NCBI GenBank assembly: GCA_018607785.1
Contig: JABBAU010000026.1
Span: forward strand, 10,749 to 74,748
DNA from: Methylobacillus sp.
GTDB taxonomy: Bacteria > Pseudomonadota > Gammaproteobacteria > Burkholderiales > Methylophilaceae
Length of the DNA stretch: 64,000 nt
Direction: 5' to 3'
The notes under the pieces are model-generated. The model saw only the letters and a program-made list of their open reading frames with translations. It searched no databases and was not told the DNA's origin. Positions 1-9,068 of this stretch are shown in pieces; positions within the stretch are counted from its first letter, which is position 1, and every line of letters starts with the position of its first letter. A program made the position numbers and the translations under genes.

Positions 1-52
1 TGGGGGATGAATCAAAAAATTTACTTCAACAATTTTTCCAAGAAAAAAGGAC

Positions 53-88
53 AAAAAAAAACCGTACATAATGATGCACGGTTTTTTA
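53..88. terminator. Bidirectional rho-independent terminator downstream of the YccA-family gene
   Basis: A8 run (53-60); 9-bp stem accgtacat/atgcacggt (61-69 and 74-82, one A-C mismatch); 4-nt loop; T6 run (82-87). Reads as hairpin plus U-tract on both strands. Lies 13 nt beyond the stop of the minus-strand CDS ending at 101. Confidence 0.6.
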
Positions 89-100
89 TAAATATGAAAA

Positions 101-787
101 CTAGTCTCTATTACCCATCAGTGCCATCAACAGATGTAATAAGTGCACAAATAAGTTATAGATATTTAGATATAGCGCTAATGTAGCCATGATGTAGTTT
201 GTCTCACCGCCTCGAACGATTCTATTTACATCATATAAAATAAATCCAGAGAAAATAAGCACTGCAATCGATGAAATTGCTAATGACATCGCTGGTATTT
301 GGAAAAAGATATTTACTACCATTGCGAGGATTAATAGTAAAAGACCTATCATTAGAAACTTACCCATAAATGAAAAATCTCTTTTACTTGTTGTGGCTAT
401 TCCCGCCAAGACTAGAAAAATTGTTGCGGTTCCACCTGCAGCTAACCCTACAATTTGACCTCCATTACTCAAACTAAACGCTACCTGAAGGATTGGGCCT
501 AATAAAATACCCATCAAAAAAGTTAAACCGAGAAGAAAAACAACACCAAGGCTACTATTTCTGTTTGCTCTGATTAAGTAAAACATTCCAAACATTGCGC
601 CAAGGGTGACAATAAAAAATAAAATTGGGCTCTGAGCAGCAAAACCAAAATTCATTGACATCCCCATAAGTGCACCAATGAGTGTTGGAATGAGCGAAAA
701 GCCTAAAAGTGCATAAGTATTTCTTAAAACTTTATTAGTTGAAAGCTCAGATGGTGTCTGACTTGCAACATTAAAATTATCTGCCAT
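101..787 (-). CDS. BAX-inhibitor-1/YccA/YbhL family integral membrane protein
   Basis: 228-aa ORF with ATG start. Polar N-terminus, then about 7 hydrophobic helices and a short basic C-tail, which is the layout of the UPF0005/BI-1 family. Recognised by eye only. Confidence 0.8.
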   Translation of the reverse strand: MADNFNVASQTPSELSTNKVLRNTYALLGFSLIPTLIGALMGMSMNFGFAAQSPILFFIVTLGAMFGMFYLIRANRNSSLGVVFLLGLTFLMGILLGPILQVAFSLSNGGQIVGLAAGGTATIFLVLAGIATTSKRDFSFMGKFLMIGLLLLILAMVVNIFFQIPAMSLAISSIAVLIFSGFILYDVNRIVRGGETNYIMATLALYLNIYNLFVHLLHLLMALMGNRD

Positions 788-891
788 GTTAGTAATTTTT
801 CCTTTAATTAAAAATAAATAGTTTTACAGTAATAGGATAAGGACTATATTGCTAAAGTTCAAGTAATTTACATTAGATTATTTAAGTTTTT

Positions 892-1917
892 TTATTGATT
901 TCTCAGCTTTAATAATATTTTTTTTATATCTTCAGCTCTCTCATTCTCGGCTACTGAGTCATGAATATTGTCTCTTGCATCATCTCTTCGCATAGCTAAT
1001 AATCTTTTGATTGACACTAAATCTTGATTCCATTCAAGATTTTCCAATAAAAAATCAATCTTACCTCCTTGGTTACAAACTAAAACCATGTCACAGCCGG
1101 CTTCTAGAGCTTTTTTTACTCTTAAGACTATGTTTTCTTCAAAAATTTGCGCGGCTCTCATCCCCATATCATCTGAAAAAATAGCTCCCTTAAAATTTAA
1201 AAGCCCCCTAAGCTGCTCTTTTAACCAAAATTCTGAAAAACCAGCAGGCTTTTGATCGCAGCTTAGATAAATTACATGGGATGGCATTACACCCCCCATA
1301 TTTTTTTTAATCAATTCATCAAAAACACGCATATCTTGGTTATGGATATCTTCATATGACCTATTGTCCATTGCTACTTCTAAGTGAGTATCTTCAAGAA
1401 TATAACCGTGCCCAGGAAAATGCTTACCAATACTCTGCATACCTCCAGACTTTAAGCCATCGGATAACGAAGAGGCAAGTTCAACAATTGGCTTAATTTC
1501 TTGATGGAAGGATCTATCGCCTATTACAGAGCTAGAACCAAAATTGATGTCTAGAACTGGGGTAAAGCTAAAATCAACATCACATTCAGCTAATTCTTTG
1601 GCAATTAGCCATCCACATAACTTTGCAATTTCTAACCCTTCTTTTTTATTGTGGTCATAAATTTGTCCAAGGAGAGCCATTTCTGGAATAAGAGTAAATT
1701 CCTCCCTAAATCTTTGAACCCTTCCCCCTTCATGATCAACAGCTATAAGAATATTTTTTTTAACCTTTCTAATTGAAGTTATTAGTGATTTTATTTGTTT
1801 TTTATTTTTATAGTTTCTTGAAAACAAAATCACGCCACCAACTAATTTATTTTGTAGCCTCTTTTCATCATTTTGAGAAAGTTCTATAGATTCGATATCG
1901 ATCATCAAGCAGGTCAT
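892..1917 (-). CDS. nagZ: Beta-N-acetylhexosaminidase (GH3, peptidoglycan recycling)
   Basis: 341-aa ORF with NagZ/GH3 hallmarks VGGVILFSRNY, DHEGGRVQRF, KHFPGHG and FSDDMGM. An alternative ATG at 1905 (MIDIES...) is equally plausible. Confidence 0.9.
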   Translation of the reverse strand: MTCLMIDIESIELSQNDEKRLQNKLVGGVILFSRNYKNKKQIKSLITSIRKVKKNILIAVDHEGGRVQRFREEFTLIPEMALLGQIYDHNKKEGLEIAKLCGWLIAKELAECDVDFSFTPVLDINFGSSSVIGDRSFHQEIKPIVELASSLSDGLKSGGMQSIGKHFPGHGYILEDTHLEVAMDNRSYEDIHNQDMRVFDELIKKNMGGVMPSHVIYLSCDQKPAGFSEFWLKEQLRGLLNFKGAIFSDDMGMRAAQIFEENIVLRVKKALEAGCDMVLVCNQGGKIDFLLENLEWNQDLVSIKRLLAMRRDDARDNIHDSVAENERAEDIKKILLKLRNQ

Positions 1918-1947
1918 TTTTAATATAATCCTAATAAAAATTTAAAT

Positions 1948-2739
1948 TTACTCATTATTCTTAATGCCCCAAAATTTATGAAAAAAATCTCCAACAAAAT
2001 TTATAGCAAAAACCATTGACATAATGCTTGCACCTACAAAAATTGCATAATGGGGCGCAGCAAGAAGATATCGCACACTATCTCTCATCATACCGCCCCA
2101 GGACGCTTCAGGTGGCTGTAAACCCAACCCTAAAAAAGAAAGGCTTGCTTCGGCAATAATCAAGCCTGCAACAGCATAGGTAGACTCCACAATTAAAGGG
2201 GTTGATATGGTTGGCAAGATATGAGAAAAAATTATTCTAGATTTTGAGCTGCCCATTGAGCGTGATGCTTTTACAAAATCTTGCTCTTTAATAAGTAAAG
2301 TTTGAGCTCTTGCGAGTCTTGCATAACCTACCCAGCCACCAATAGAAAGTGCAATTATTAAATTCAATTTTCCAGGAGTTAGAATAGCTGCAAAAGCAAT
2401 TGCGAGAAGAATTCCAGGAAAAGACATAAAAAGCGTAGTAATAAATTTTATAACCTGGTCAAACTTTCCTCCTATAAAACCTGATAGAACTCCTATAAAA
2501 ATTCCAAAAAAACTTGTGACGATAGTCACACTCAAAATTATCTCAAAGGAATTAATAAAGCCATCAACCAACCTAAAATAAATATCACGCCCATAATCAT
2601 CTTTGCCAAACCAATGATCTATATTTGGTGTTAAAAGAATTTCATTCAACTCCATAACACTTGAATCGTAAGTGCTAAAAATTTTAAATATAAGAGAACA
2701 GATCCAAAATAAAATTATTAATAAAGCTATTCTTTTCAT
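1948..2739 (-). CDS. ABC transporter permease, DppC/OppC (peptide-type) family
   Basis: 263-aa multi-TM ORF with the conserved cytoplasmic EAA-type loop (ASRSMGSSKSRIIFSHILP). ATGA overlap with the upstream permease gene. Confidence 0.85.
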   Translation of the reverse strand: MKRIALLIILFWICSLIFKIFSTYDSSVMELNEILLTPNIDHWFGKDDYGRDIYFRLVDGFINSFEIILSVTIVTSFFGIFIGVLSGFIGGKFDQVIKFITTLFMSFPGILLAIAFAAILTPGKLNLIIALSIGGWVGYARLARAQTLLIKEQDFVKASRSMGSSKSRIIFSHILPTISTPLIVESTYAVAGLIIAEASLSFLGLGLQPPEASWGGMMRDSVRYLLAAPHYAIFVGASIMSMVFAINFVGDFFHKFWGIKNNE

Positions 2740-3650
2740 GAACTTTGATGCCTCATTCTTGGGTCAAAAAATCTATAAGCAATTTCAGTTAGAAGATTTA
2801 TTAACACATATGAGGATGCAATAATTAATATGCAAGCTTGTGTTACTGGGTAATCTCTTGTTTGAATCGATGTGATCAGTAATTTACCCAAACCATCCCA
2901 GTTAAAAAGTGTTTCTGTGATAACGGCACCTGACAATAATGAACCAAATTGCATACCAATTAAAGTAATAAGAGGAATCAAAACCAATCTAAACATATGA
3001 TGTAAAGTAATTCCAAACTCACCTAAACCCTTCGCCCTAGCAGTTCTTACAACATCTGAATTTATAATCTCTATCATACAATTACGTGTCATTTTTATAA
3101 TAACGGCAAGTAAGCCAAGAGCCAGTGTGATTGCAGGTAAAATAATTGCATATTTACCCTCCATACCACTCACGGGGAGCCAACCTAAATAAATTGACAT
3201 CACTAAAATTAACAATGGACCAAGAAAAAAATGTGGGATGGAAATAAAAAATAAACTTAAGTTTATTATGCACCTGTCAATCAATCTGCCCTCAAATTTT
3301 GCTGCTAAAATACCTCCAACAAAACCAAAAAAAAGTGCGATGCATAATGCTAAAGTAGCTAGTAAATATGTATTTTTTATGGCGTCAAATAATTGCTCTT
3401 TAATCGGCATATTGGTTAAGATTGAATTGCCAAAATTCCCCTGGGTAAGTTGACTGATTGAATTTGCCATTTGTACAATAATGGGTTTATCAAGCCCGAG
3501 TTCATTTCTTAATTTTTCTTGATCAGCTAATGAGGCTGACTCTCCCATCATTACCATCACCGGATCACCTGGAATAAGATGCAGTATCAGAAAAGTTATA
3601 ACAAAAATGCCGAGAACTTGACAAATACTTGTTAACAATAATTTGAACAA
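2736..3650 (-). CDS. ABC transporter permease, DppB/OppB (peptide-type) family
   Basis: 304-aa ORF. The N-terminus ...LILHLIPGDP and the loop TARAKGLGEFGITLHHMFR are typical of DppB/OppB. Start inferred as TTG 3650, 2 nt after the preceding stop. Confidence 0.85.
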   Translation of the reverse strand: MFKLLLTSICQVLGIFVITFLILHLIPGDPVMVMMGESASLADQEKLRNELGLDKPIIVQMANSISQLTQGNFGNSILTNMPIKEQLFDAIKNTYLLATLALCIALFFGFVGGILAAKFEGRLIDRCIINLSLFFISIPHFFLGPLLILVMSIYLGWLPVSGMEGKYAIILPAITLALGLLAVIIKMTRNCMIEIINSDVVRTARAKGLGEFGITLHHMFRLVLIPLITLIGMQFGSLLSGAVITETLFNWDGLGKLLITSIQTRDYPVTQACILIIASSYVLINLLTEIAYRFFDPRMRHQSS

Positions 3651-3652
3651 AA

Positions 3653-4156
3653 TTAATTCTCGCTTATAAGAACATGAGTTCCTATTGAAATTAGATTAAA
3701 AAGTTCAATAACATCCCTATTACCCATTCTTATACATCCCTCTGAAGCGGGATGGCCTAAGTCATTTTCGTAGGGTGTTCCATGGATGTATATATAACGT
3801 TGCATCGTATCAACATCTCCAAGTCTATTAAATCCTAGTTCAAGGCCTGATAACCAAATAATCCTTGTTAGTATCCAATCTTTTTTAGGATGACGTTCAG
3901 AGTCTTCAGAAGTCCAGACTTTATTTGCAGGTCTTCGGGCAGAAAAAACTGTAAATATAGGCAGAGAATCCCCAATTTTGGCTCTAACCACATGTTTTCC
4001 AAGGGGAGTTTGATAACTATTTTTTTGTTGTCCTAGGCCTCTTTTTGCGGTGGAAACAGAAAATCTTTTGACAAGAACATCCCTATCATAAAGTGACAAC
4101 ATCTGATTTTTAATCGAGATATTTATATAAGTATTACTATTTTTTTTTAATACCAT
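3653..4156 (-). CDS. YkuD (L,D-transpeptidase catalytic) domain protein, apparently leaderless
   Basis: 167-aa ORF with the YkuD active-site signature IYIHGT...HPASEGCIRM (catalytic His and Cys). No signal peptide or TM segment is visible at the N-terminus. Overlaps the SBP gene by 20 nt. Confidence 0.8.
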   Translation of the reverse strand: MVLKKNSNTYINISIKNQMLSLYDRDVLVKRFSVSTAKRGLGQQKNSYQTPLGKHVVRAKIGDSLPIFTVFSARRPANKVWTSEDSERHPKKDWILTRIIWLSGLELGFNRLGDVDTMQRYIYIHGTPYENDLGHPASEGCIRMGNRDVIELFNLISIGTHVLISEN

Positions 4157-5588
4157 TTAATCCATTCCAACTTCCATCAAGTGAGAGCTTATAATCTGAT
4201 ATATTTTTTCTAAAAGCTACAAAACTTCCCTCAAACCAGAGCGGGATTAATCCTACATCCTGATAAGCTTTTAATATTACCTTATTCCAATCATTTCTTT
4301 CCATTGCCTCTAATAAAAGAGTATCCATCTTATTATCAATATATTGTCCCCTGTTTAAACCTTGAGGTGGTAGTTGAGTTGATGAGAAAATTTTAAAATA
4401 TATATCTGGGTTAGTTATACCTACCCAAGTTAAAGTATATAACTCAAAATTACCAGTCTGGATATCCCTGAAGAAAGTCCCCCAATCCAAAGACTTAATT
4501 TGAAGATTTATTCCGACATCTTTTAACTGATTTTGTATGATTGTGGCAATCTTTACTCTAAATGGGTCAGTGGAAGTTTTTAAAACGAGTTTAATGGGCT
4601 TAGATAAATTAATTTCTGAGATTAATCTTCTTGCCTGATCAGGATCGAAATTGTTTTCGTTAAAAGCAAAACTAGCCCAATGCTCAGGAGGAAGTATTTG
4701 AGAAGAGAGTCTTGATTTTTCTGGTAAAAAATATTCCAATATTTCACTTTGATTTATCGCCATTGATATGGCTAATCTCAACTTCTTATTTCTAAGATTT
4801 TTATCTTTAAAATTAAATCCTACGTAAGATATATTTGAACCAAAGCCACCGATAATATTTAAATCTTTATTTTCTTCAATGAGCTTTATCATTTCTAAGG
4901 GAAGATCATTTTGAATCAAGTCTATCTCACCATTGATAAGTTTTAACACCCTGACAGTTGGGTCCTTAACCTCAATTAAATTTATCTTCTGACCATCACT
5001 TCTTCTTGCCAGTTTTATATAGGGTGAGCTTTGCATCAATTCAAAAGGTCCTGAACCTATAGGTCTCTCTGAAAATTTATGGTTTTGAATTAGTTGCTCT
5101 TTTGGAAGAATAAAAAAATTTAGTTGAGATAAAAAATTTGGTTCTTTTTTTAAAAGATTAATATAAAAAATTGTATTAGATTTTTTTTCGATAGACCTTA
5201 TATTTCTTAATTGCTGAAAATACGTTGAAGTTGAAAGATTTTTTAAGTCCCTTAGGGTGTTTATAATGTCATGAATATCCATGACTTTACCGCCTTTAAA
5301 AACAGGCAAGCTTTTATTTAACCGAAAGAAATATTGCAGATCATTATTTTTTTTAAAAGTCACCACATCTGATCTTGGTAAAAAGTTTTCATCAAGATAG
5401 ATAAAAGGGGTATATATCAAGTGAGATAACTTTTTTGAAGCAGCGTCTGATTGAAATCTCGGATCAAGTTGTTGGGGCTTTTGGGCAATTCCAAAGCTAA
5501 TAACATCATCATTAAGCTTTTCTGAACAACCTATAGATAAGAGGGCCAACAAAAAATATAAAGATATTTTTTGAAGTAGCTCCATCAT
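4137..5588 (-). CDS. ABC transporter substrate-binding lipoprotein, family 5 (Dpp/Opp/MppA-type)
   Basis: 483-aa ORF. Signal peptide ends in a lipobox-like LLSIGC. Size and overall pattern fit peptide/nickel family-5 SBPs. Confidence 0.8.
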   Translation of the reverse strand: MMELLQKISLYFLLALLSIGCSEKLNDDVISFGIAQKPQQLDPRFQSDAASKKLSHLIYTPFIYLDENFLPRSDVVTFKKNNDLQYFFRLNKSLPVFKGGKVMDIHDIINTLRDLKNLSTSTYFQQLRNIRSIEKKSNTIFYINLLKKEPNFLSQLNFFILPKEQLIQNHKFSERPIGSGPFELMQSSPYIKLARRSDGQKINLIEVKDPTVRVLKLINGEIDLIQNDLPLEMIKLIEENKDLNIIGGFGSNISYVGFNFKDKNLRNKKLRLAISMAINQSEILEYFLPEKSRLSSQILPPEHWASFAFNENNFDPDQARRLISEINLSKPIKLVLKTSTDPFRVKIATIIQNQLKDVGINLQIKSLDWGTFFRDIQTGNFELYTLTWVGITNPDIYFKIFSSTQLPPQGLNRGQYIDNKMDTLLLEAMERNDWNKVILKAYQDVGLIPLWFEGSFVAFRKNISDYKLSLDGSWNGLNGIKKK

Positions 5589-5625
5589 TATATTAAATTA
5601 TTTAAAAAATTTATAAAATCAAATT

Positions 5626-6399
5626 TCATGTCCATGCTTTTAAGAAATTATCCCAATGAGATTTTTTATACCCGCTAATTATATTTCTAAAGTTATCTAT
5701 CTCATTTTTGTAAGCTGTTGCGGTTAATTCATTTTTTGACAATAGATATCTCAAATAAACTAAGTATGTATTTGCTACATCAGTTTCACAATAATTTCTA
5801 ATAGACGCTAAATCACCGTTTAAAAATGTCTCCCATACCCTTCCTCCATCCATATCAAGCTTTCCAGGAAAACCATATATTTTGCAAATTTCATTTAACG
5901 ATGCATTATTTCTGCCACTATATAAAGCTAATATATCCATTAAATCAAGGTGCCTTCGATGATATCTGCTCATATAATTATTCCATTTGAACTCAGATTG
6001 ATTTTCACCTGTTTCAAAATAAGTTTCAGATGAAATTTGGTTTGCAAGTGCTCGATAGTTTAAAACAGGTAAATCAAATCCACTGCCATTCCAGGATACT
6101 AGATTTGGAATATACTTATCTAATCCGTCAAAAAAATGCTTTAAGATTCCCCCCTCACTAGTGTCTTCGTCCCCAAGTGTCCATACCTCTAATCTATCAT
6201 CTGTCTTTAACACGCATGAGATTGCAACAATTTGCTGAAGGTGGAGAGGTAAAAAATCGTGGCCAACTTTTTGACGTCTTTTAAAATTAGCTATATTTAC
6301 TACATCAAAATCAGATAGGCTTGCATTGAGGTTATAAATTTTCCTAATGTTTTTAATATCAGGAATTGTTTCTAAATCAAAGATGAGGGTCGGCGTCAA
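5626..6399 (-). CDS. Stand-alone 3'-5' exonuclease related to the PolB exonuclease domain (DEDDy)
   Basis: 257-aa ORF with three ordered exonuclease motifs: FDLETIPD (Exo I), WNGSGFDLPVLN (Exo II) and YCETDVANTY (Exo III). No polymerase domain. TTG start inferred, 4 nt after the cysM stop. Confidence 0.7.
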   Translation of the reverse strand: MTPTLIFDLETIPDIKNIRKIYNLNASLSDFDVVNIANFKRRQKVGHDFLPLHLQQIVAISCVLKTDDRLEVWTLGDEDTSEGGILKHFFDGLDKYIPNLVSWNGSGFDLPVLNYRALANQISSETYFETGENQSEFKWNNYMSRYHRRHLDLMDILALYSGRNNASLNEICKIYGFPGKLDMDGGRVWETFLNGDLASIRNYCETDVANTYLVYLRYLLSKNELTATAYKNEIDNFRNIISGYKKSHWDNFLKAWT

Positions 6400-6402
6400 A
6401 AT

Positions 6403-7290
6403 TTATTCTGGAAATATGCCGGTTGATAAATATCGATCTCCCCTATCACAAGCGATTGAGACAATATGAGAATTAGGGTTTTGTTTTGCAATTTGCATTG
6501 CCACATAAAGCGCTCCCCCTGTAGATGCTCCAGAGAAAACACCCTCCTCCCTCGCTAAGTTTCTTGCTGTCTCTTCAGCATTTTCTTGAGAAACATTTAC
6601 AATTTCGTCAATATTTTGGTCTGAAAAAATTTTGGGTAAATATTCTTTTGGCCATTTTCTAATTCCAGGAATTTGTGCTCCATCTTCAGGCTGGACACCA
6701 ATTATTTTAATATCCTGATTTTTTTCTTTTAAAAATTTTGAAGTTCCAACGATAGTTCCTGTTGTACCCATACTTGAGACAAAATGGGTTATCTTGTTAT
6801 TTGTATCTCGCCATATTTCTGGTCCTGTTCCTTCGTAATGGGCTTTGGGGTTATTTTTGTTGCCAAATTGGTCTAAAACAATACCTTTACCTTTTTTTTG
6901 CATTTCAAGCGCGGTATCTCTTGCAAGTTCCATACTTCCCTCCTGAGAAGTAAGCACTAATTCTGCACCGAAAGCTTTCATCGTTTGTCTTCGTTCAACT
7001 GATTGATTCTCTGGCATGATTAATATCATTTTGTAACCCTTCATAGCTGACACCATTGCTAATGCAATTCCTGTATTTCCTGAGGTGGCTTCGATTAGAG
7101 TATCACCAGGTTTAATTTTTCCTGAAATTTCAGCTTCCTTAATCATATAATAAGCCGGTCTATCTTTAACCGATCCTGCGGGATTATTTCCTTCTAGTTT
7201 AAGATATATTTCTCCAGCTCCAGAACTATTGAGTCTTTTAATTCTTGCTAAAGGTGTGTTGCCAATTGTATTTTCAAGTGTATTTTTCAT
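6403..7290 (-). CDS. cysM: Cysteine synthase B (O-acetylserine sulfhydrylase B)
   Basis: Aligns by eye nearly end-to-end with E. coli CysM (TIGNTPL, LEGNNPAGSVKDR, EATSGNTGIALA, SSMGTTGT, CDRGDRYLSTG). The ORF-track start at 7386 is rejected because it overlaps dsbB. ATG 7290 forms an ATGA junction with the dsbB stop. Confidence 0.88.
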   Translation of the reverse strand: MKNTLENTIGNTPLARIKRLNSSGAGEIYLKLEGNNPAGSVKDRPAYYMIKEAEISGKIKPGDTLIEATSGNTGIALAMVSAMKGYKMILIMPENQSVERRQTMKAFGAELVLTSQEGSMELARDTALEMQKKGKGIVLDQFGNKNNPKAHYEGTGPEIWRDTNNKITHFVSSMGTTGTIVGTSKFLKEKNQDIKIIGVQPEDGAQIPGIRKWPKEYLPKIFSDQNIDEIVNVSQENAEETARNLAREEGVFSGASTGGALYVAMQIAKQNPNSHIVSIACDRGDRYLSTGIFPE

Positions 7291-7784
7291 TTTTGATATT
7301 TTTTGAAGATATATATCGTTATAAAGATTAATAAAAGGTAATTCAGTAAGGCAAGCTGAGGTAGTGTTATCCCAAACAAGGTCCATTCAATTGATGAGCA
7401 GTCACCTGCGCCACGGAATAATAATCCAAATGCTTCTGACAAAGGAAAACTATCAAACATATAATCAAGATCTAATCCACATTCAGCAGGCACAGAGATT
7501 ATTTTACTTTGAATCAATATATGTCTTACTGAAAAAACAACGCCTGTGATATTAATCAATAACAATGAAAAAAAATGTAGAAGTCTTATTATTTTGATGG
7601 GGTTAAAAAAGCTAAACAAAACAAACACACCCCCTGCAATAATAAAAATTATCCTCTGGGTTATACATAATGGGCATGGCTCTAGCTGAAACTTTTCTTG
7701 TATAAATAGTGCTGTAAGAACTAAGAAAAAAGAAAATAAAGCAGCTAAGAGATTAATTGCTTTAAAAGATAAATTAAATTTCAT
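7287..7784 (-). CDS. dsbB: Disulfide bond formation protein B
   Basis: 165-aa ORF with 4 TM helices. CPLC (CxxC) in the first periplasmic loop and a second Cys pair (AECG...GDCSS) in the second loop. Confidence 0.8.
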   Translation of the reverse strand: MKFNLSFKAINLLAALFSFFLVLTALFIQEKFQLEPCPLCITQRIIFIIAGGVFVLFSFFNPIKIIRLLHFFSLLLINITGVVFSVRHILIQSKIISVPAECGLDLDYMFDSFPLSEAFGLLFRGAGDCSSIEWTLFGITLPQLALLNYLLLIFITIYIFKKYQK

Positions 7785-7841
7785 TATATTTAAAATTTTC
7801 TATAAAAGTCCTATAATATTAACTCATTAAATGAGAATATT

Positions 7842-9068
7842 TTGAATACTCCTATCATAAACGACTTTATTTCTGATGAACTAAAAATTTTCTCAGTCTC
7901 TGAAATTAATCGTCTTGTAAAAAAAACATTGGCCGACACATTTGATTCTCTATGGATTAAAGGAGAGGTATCAAACTTCACAAAGGCAAGTTCTGGGCAT
8001 TGGTACTTCACGCTTAAGGATAAAACCTCTCAAGTAAGGTGTACTATGTTTCGTGGCAAAAATAATTTTGTCAACTGGGAAATGAATGATGGCGATCTTG
8101 TGGAGGTACATTGTGATGTTGGGTTATATGAAGCTAGAGGTGAGTATCAATTAAATGTCAATAAAATTCAAAAGTCGGGCCTTGGAAAATTGTTTGAGGC
8201 CTATCAATTATTAAAAAATAAATTAGAAAAAGAAGGACTTTTTGATGAAATAAACAAAAAAAATATACCAAAAAATGTGAAAACAGTTGGTGTTATTACA
8301 TCTGAAAGTGGCGCTGTAATCCAAGACATCATAAGCACAATGAATAGACGGAATAAATATATCAAAATCATAGTTTATCCAACCCAAGTTCAAGGGCTCG
8401 CTTCAATTAATAATATTATCAGCGCAATTAAAACTGCAAACATCAGAAATGAAGTTGATGTCTTAATCGTTTCACGAGGAGGTGGTTCTATTGAGGACTT
8501 ATGGGCTTTTAATGATGAAAAAGTTGTGAGATCGATTGCTGCATCAAATATAGCCACCATATCTGCTATCGGTCATGAAACAGATTTCACATTAGCAGAT
8601 TTTGTCGCCGATCTGAGGGCCCCCACACCAACGGCAGCTGCCGAAATGGTCAGTAATGAATTATCTATTCTGCTTGAGAAAATCTCTTCAATTCAAATAG
8701 ATATTTCTAATTTAATGCAAAATAAACTCTATGAAATCTATCAAAAATTAGACCAATATGAGAAAAGGTTACTTTCCCCTCATGAAAAAATTAAAACCCA
8801 TATTATGCTTGTTCACAATTTTTATAAAAGGATTCAGTTTTCAATGCTTAGGTGTTTAGATTCATATCAGAATAAAGTTGAATCATTGGAGCAAAGTCTA
8901 ATCTTACTTGACCCAAATAAAATTTTATCAAGGGGATACGCTATAGCTTTTGACGAGAAAAATAAATCCATCACTAATTCTGATAATACTTTTGTCAATG
9001 ATAAAATTAAAATTAAGTTGCATCATGGATTATTGCACGCTTCAGTTACAGACAAAATAAATGAATAA
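7842..9068 (+). CDS. xseA: Exodeoxyribonuclease VII large subunit
   Basis: 408-aa ORF. OB-fold N-terminus (WIKGEVSNFTKASSGHWYFTLKD) and catalytic core (SRGGGSIEDLWAFNDE, GHETDFT). TTG start inferred. Confidence 0.92.
   Translation: MNTPIINDFISDELKIFSVSEINRLVKKTLADTFDSLWIKGEVSNFTKASSGHWYFTLKDKTSQVRCTMFRGKNNFVNWEMNDGDLVEVHCDVGLYEARGEYQLNVNKIQKSGLGKLFEAYQLLKNKLEKEGLFDEINKKNIPKNVKTVGVITSESGAVIQDIISTMNRRNKYIKIIVYPTQVQGLASINNIISAIKTANIRNEVDVLIVSRGGGSIEDLWAFNDEKVVRSIAASNIATISAIGHETDFTLADFVADLRAPTPTAAAEMVSNELSILLEKISSIQIDISNLMQNKLYEIYQKLDQYEKRLLSPHEKIKTHIMLVHNFYKRIQFSMLRCLDSYQNKVESLEQSLILLDPNKILSRGYAIAFDEKNKSITNSDNTFVNDKIKIKLHHGLLHASVTDKINE

Noticed and set aside
7-186. 59-aa plus-strand ORF at the window start, or the 3' end of a plus-strand gene ending with TGA at 7-9.
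   Set aside because: The 59-aa ORF overlaps the terminator and the well-supported YccA-family gene and has no motifs. A plus-strand gene ending at 7-9 is possible and would fit the bidirectional terminator, but it cannot be supported from 9 nt.
7291-7386. N-terminal 32-residue extension of the cysM ORF (ORF-track start 7386).
   Set aside because: The extension overlaps the 3' end of dsbB and has no counterpart in CysM homologues. Homology begins at MKNTLENTIGNTPL (ATG 7290), which forms an ATGA junction with the dsbB stop.
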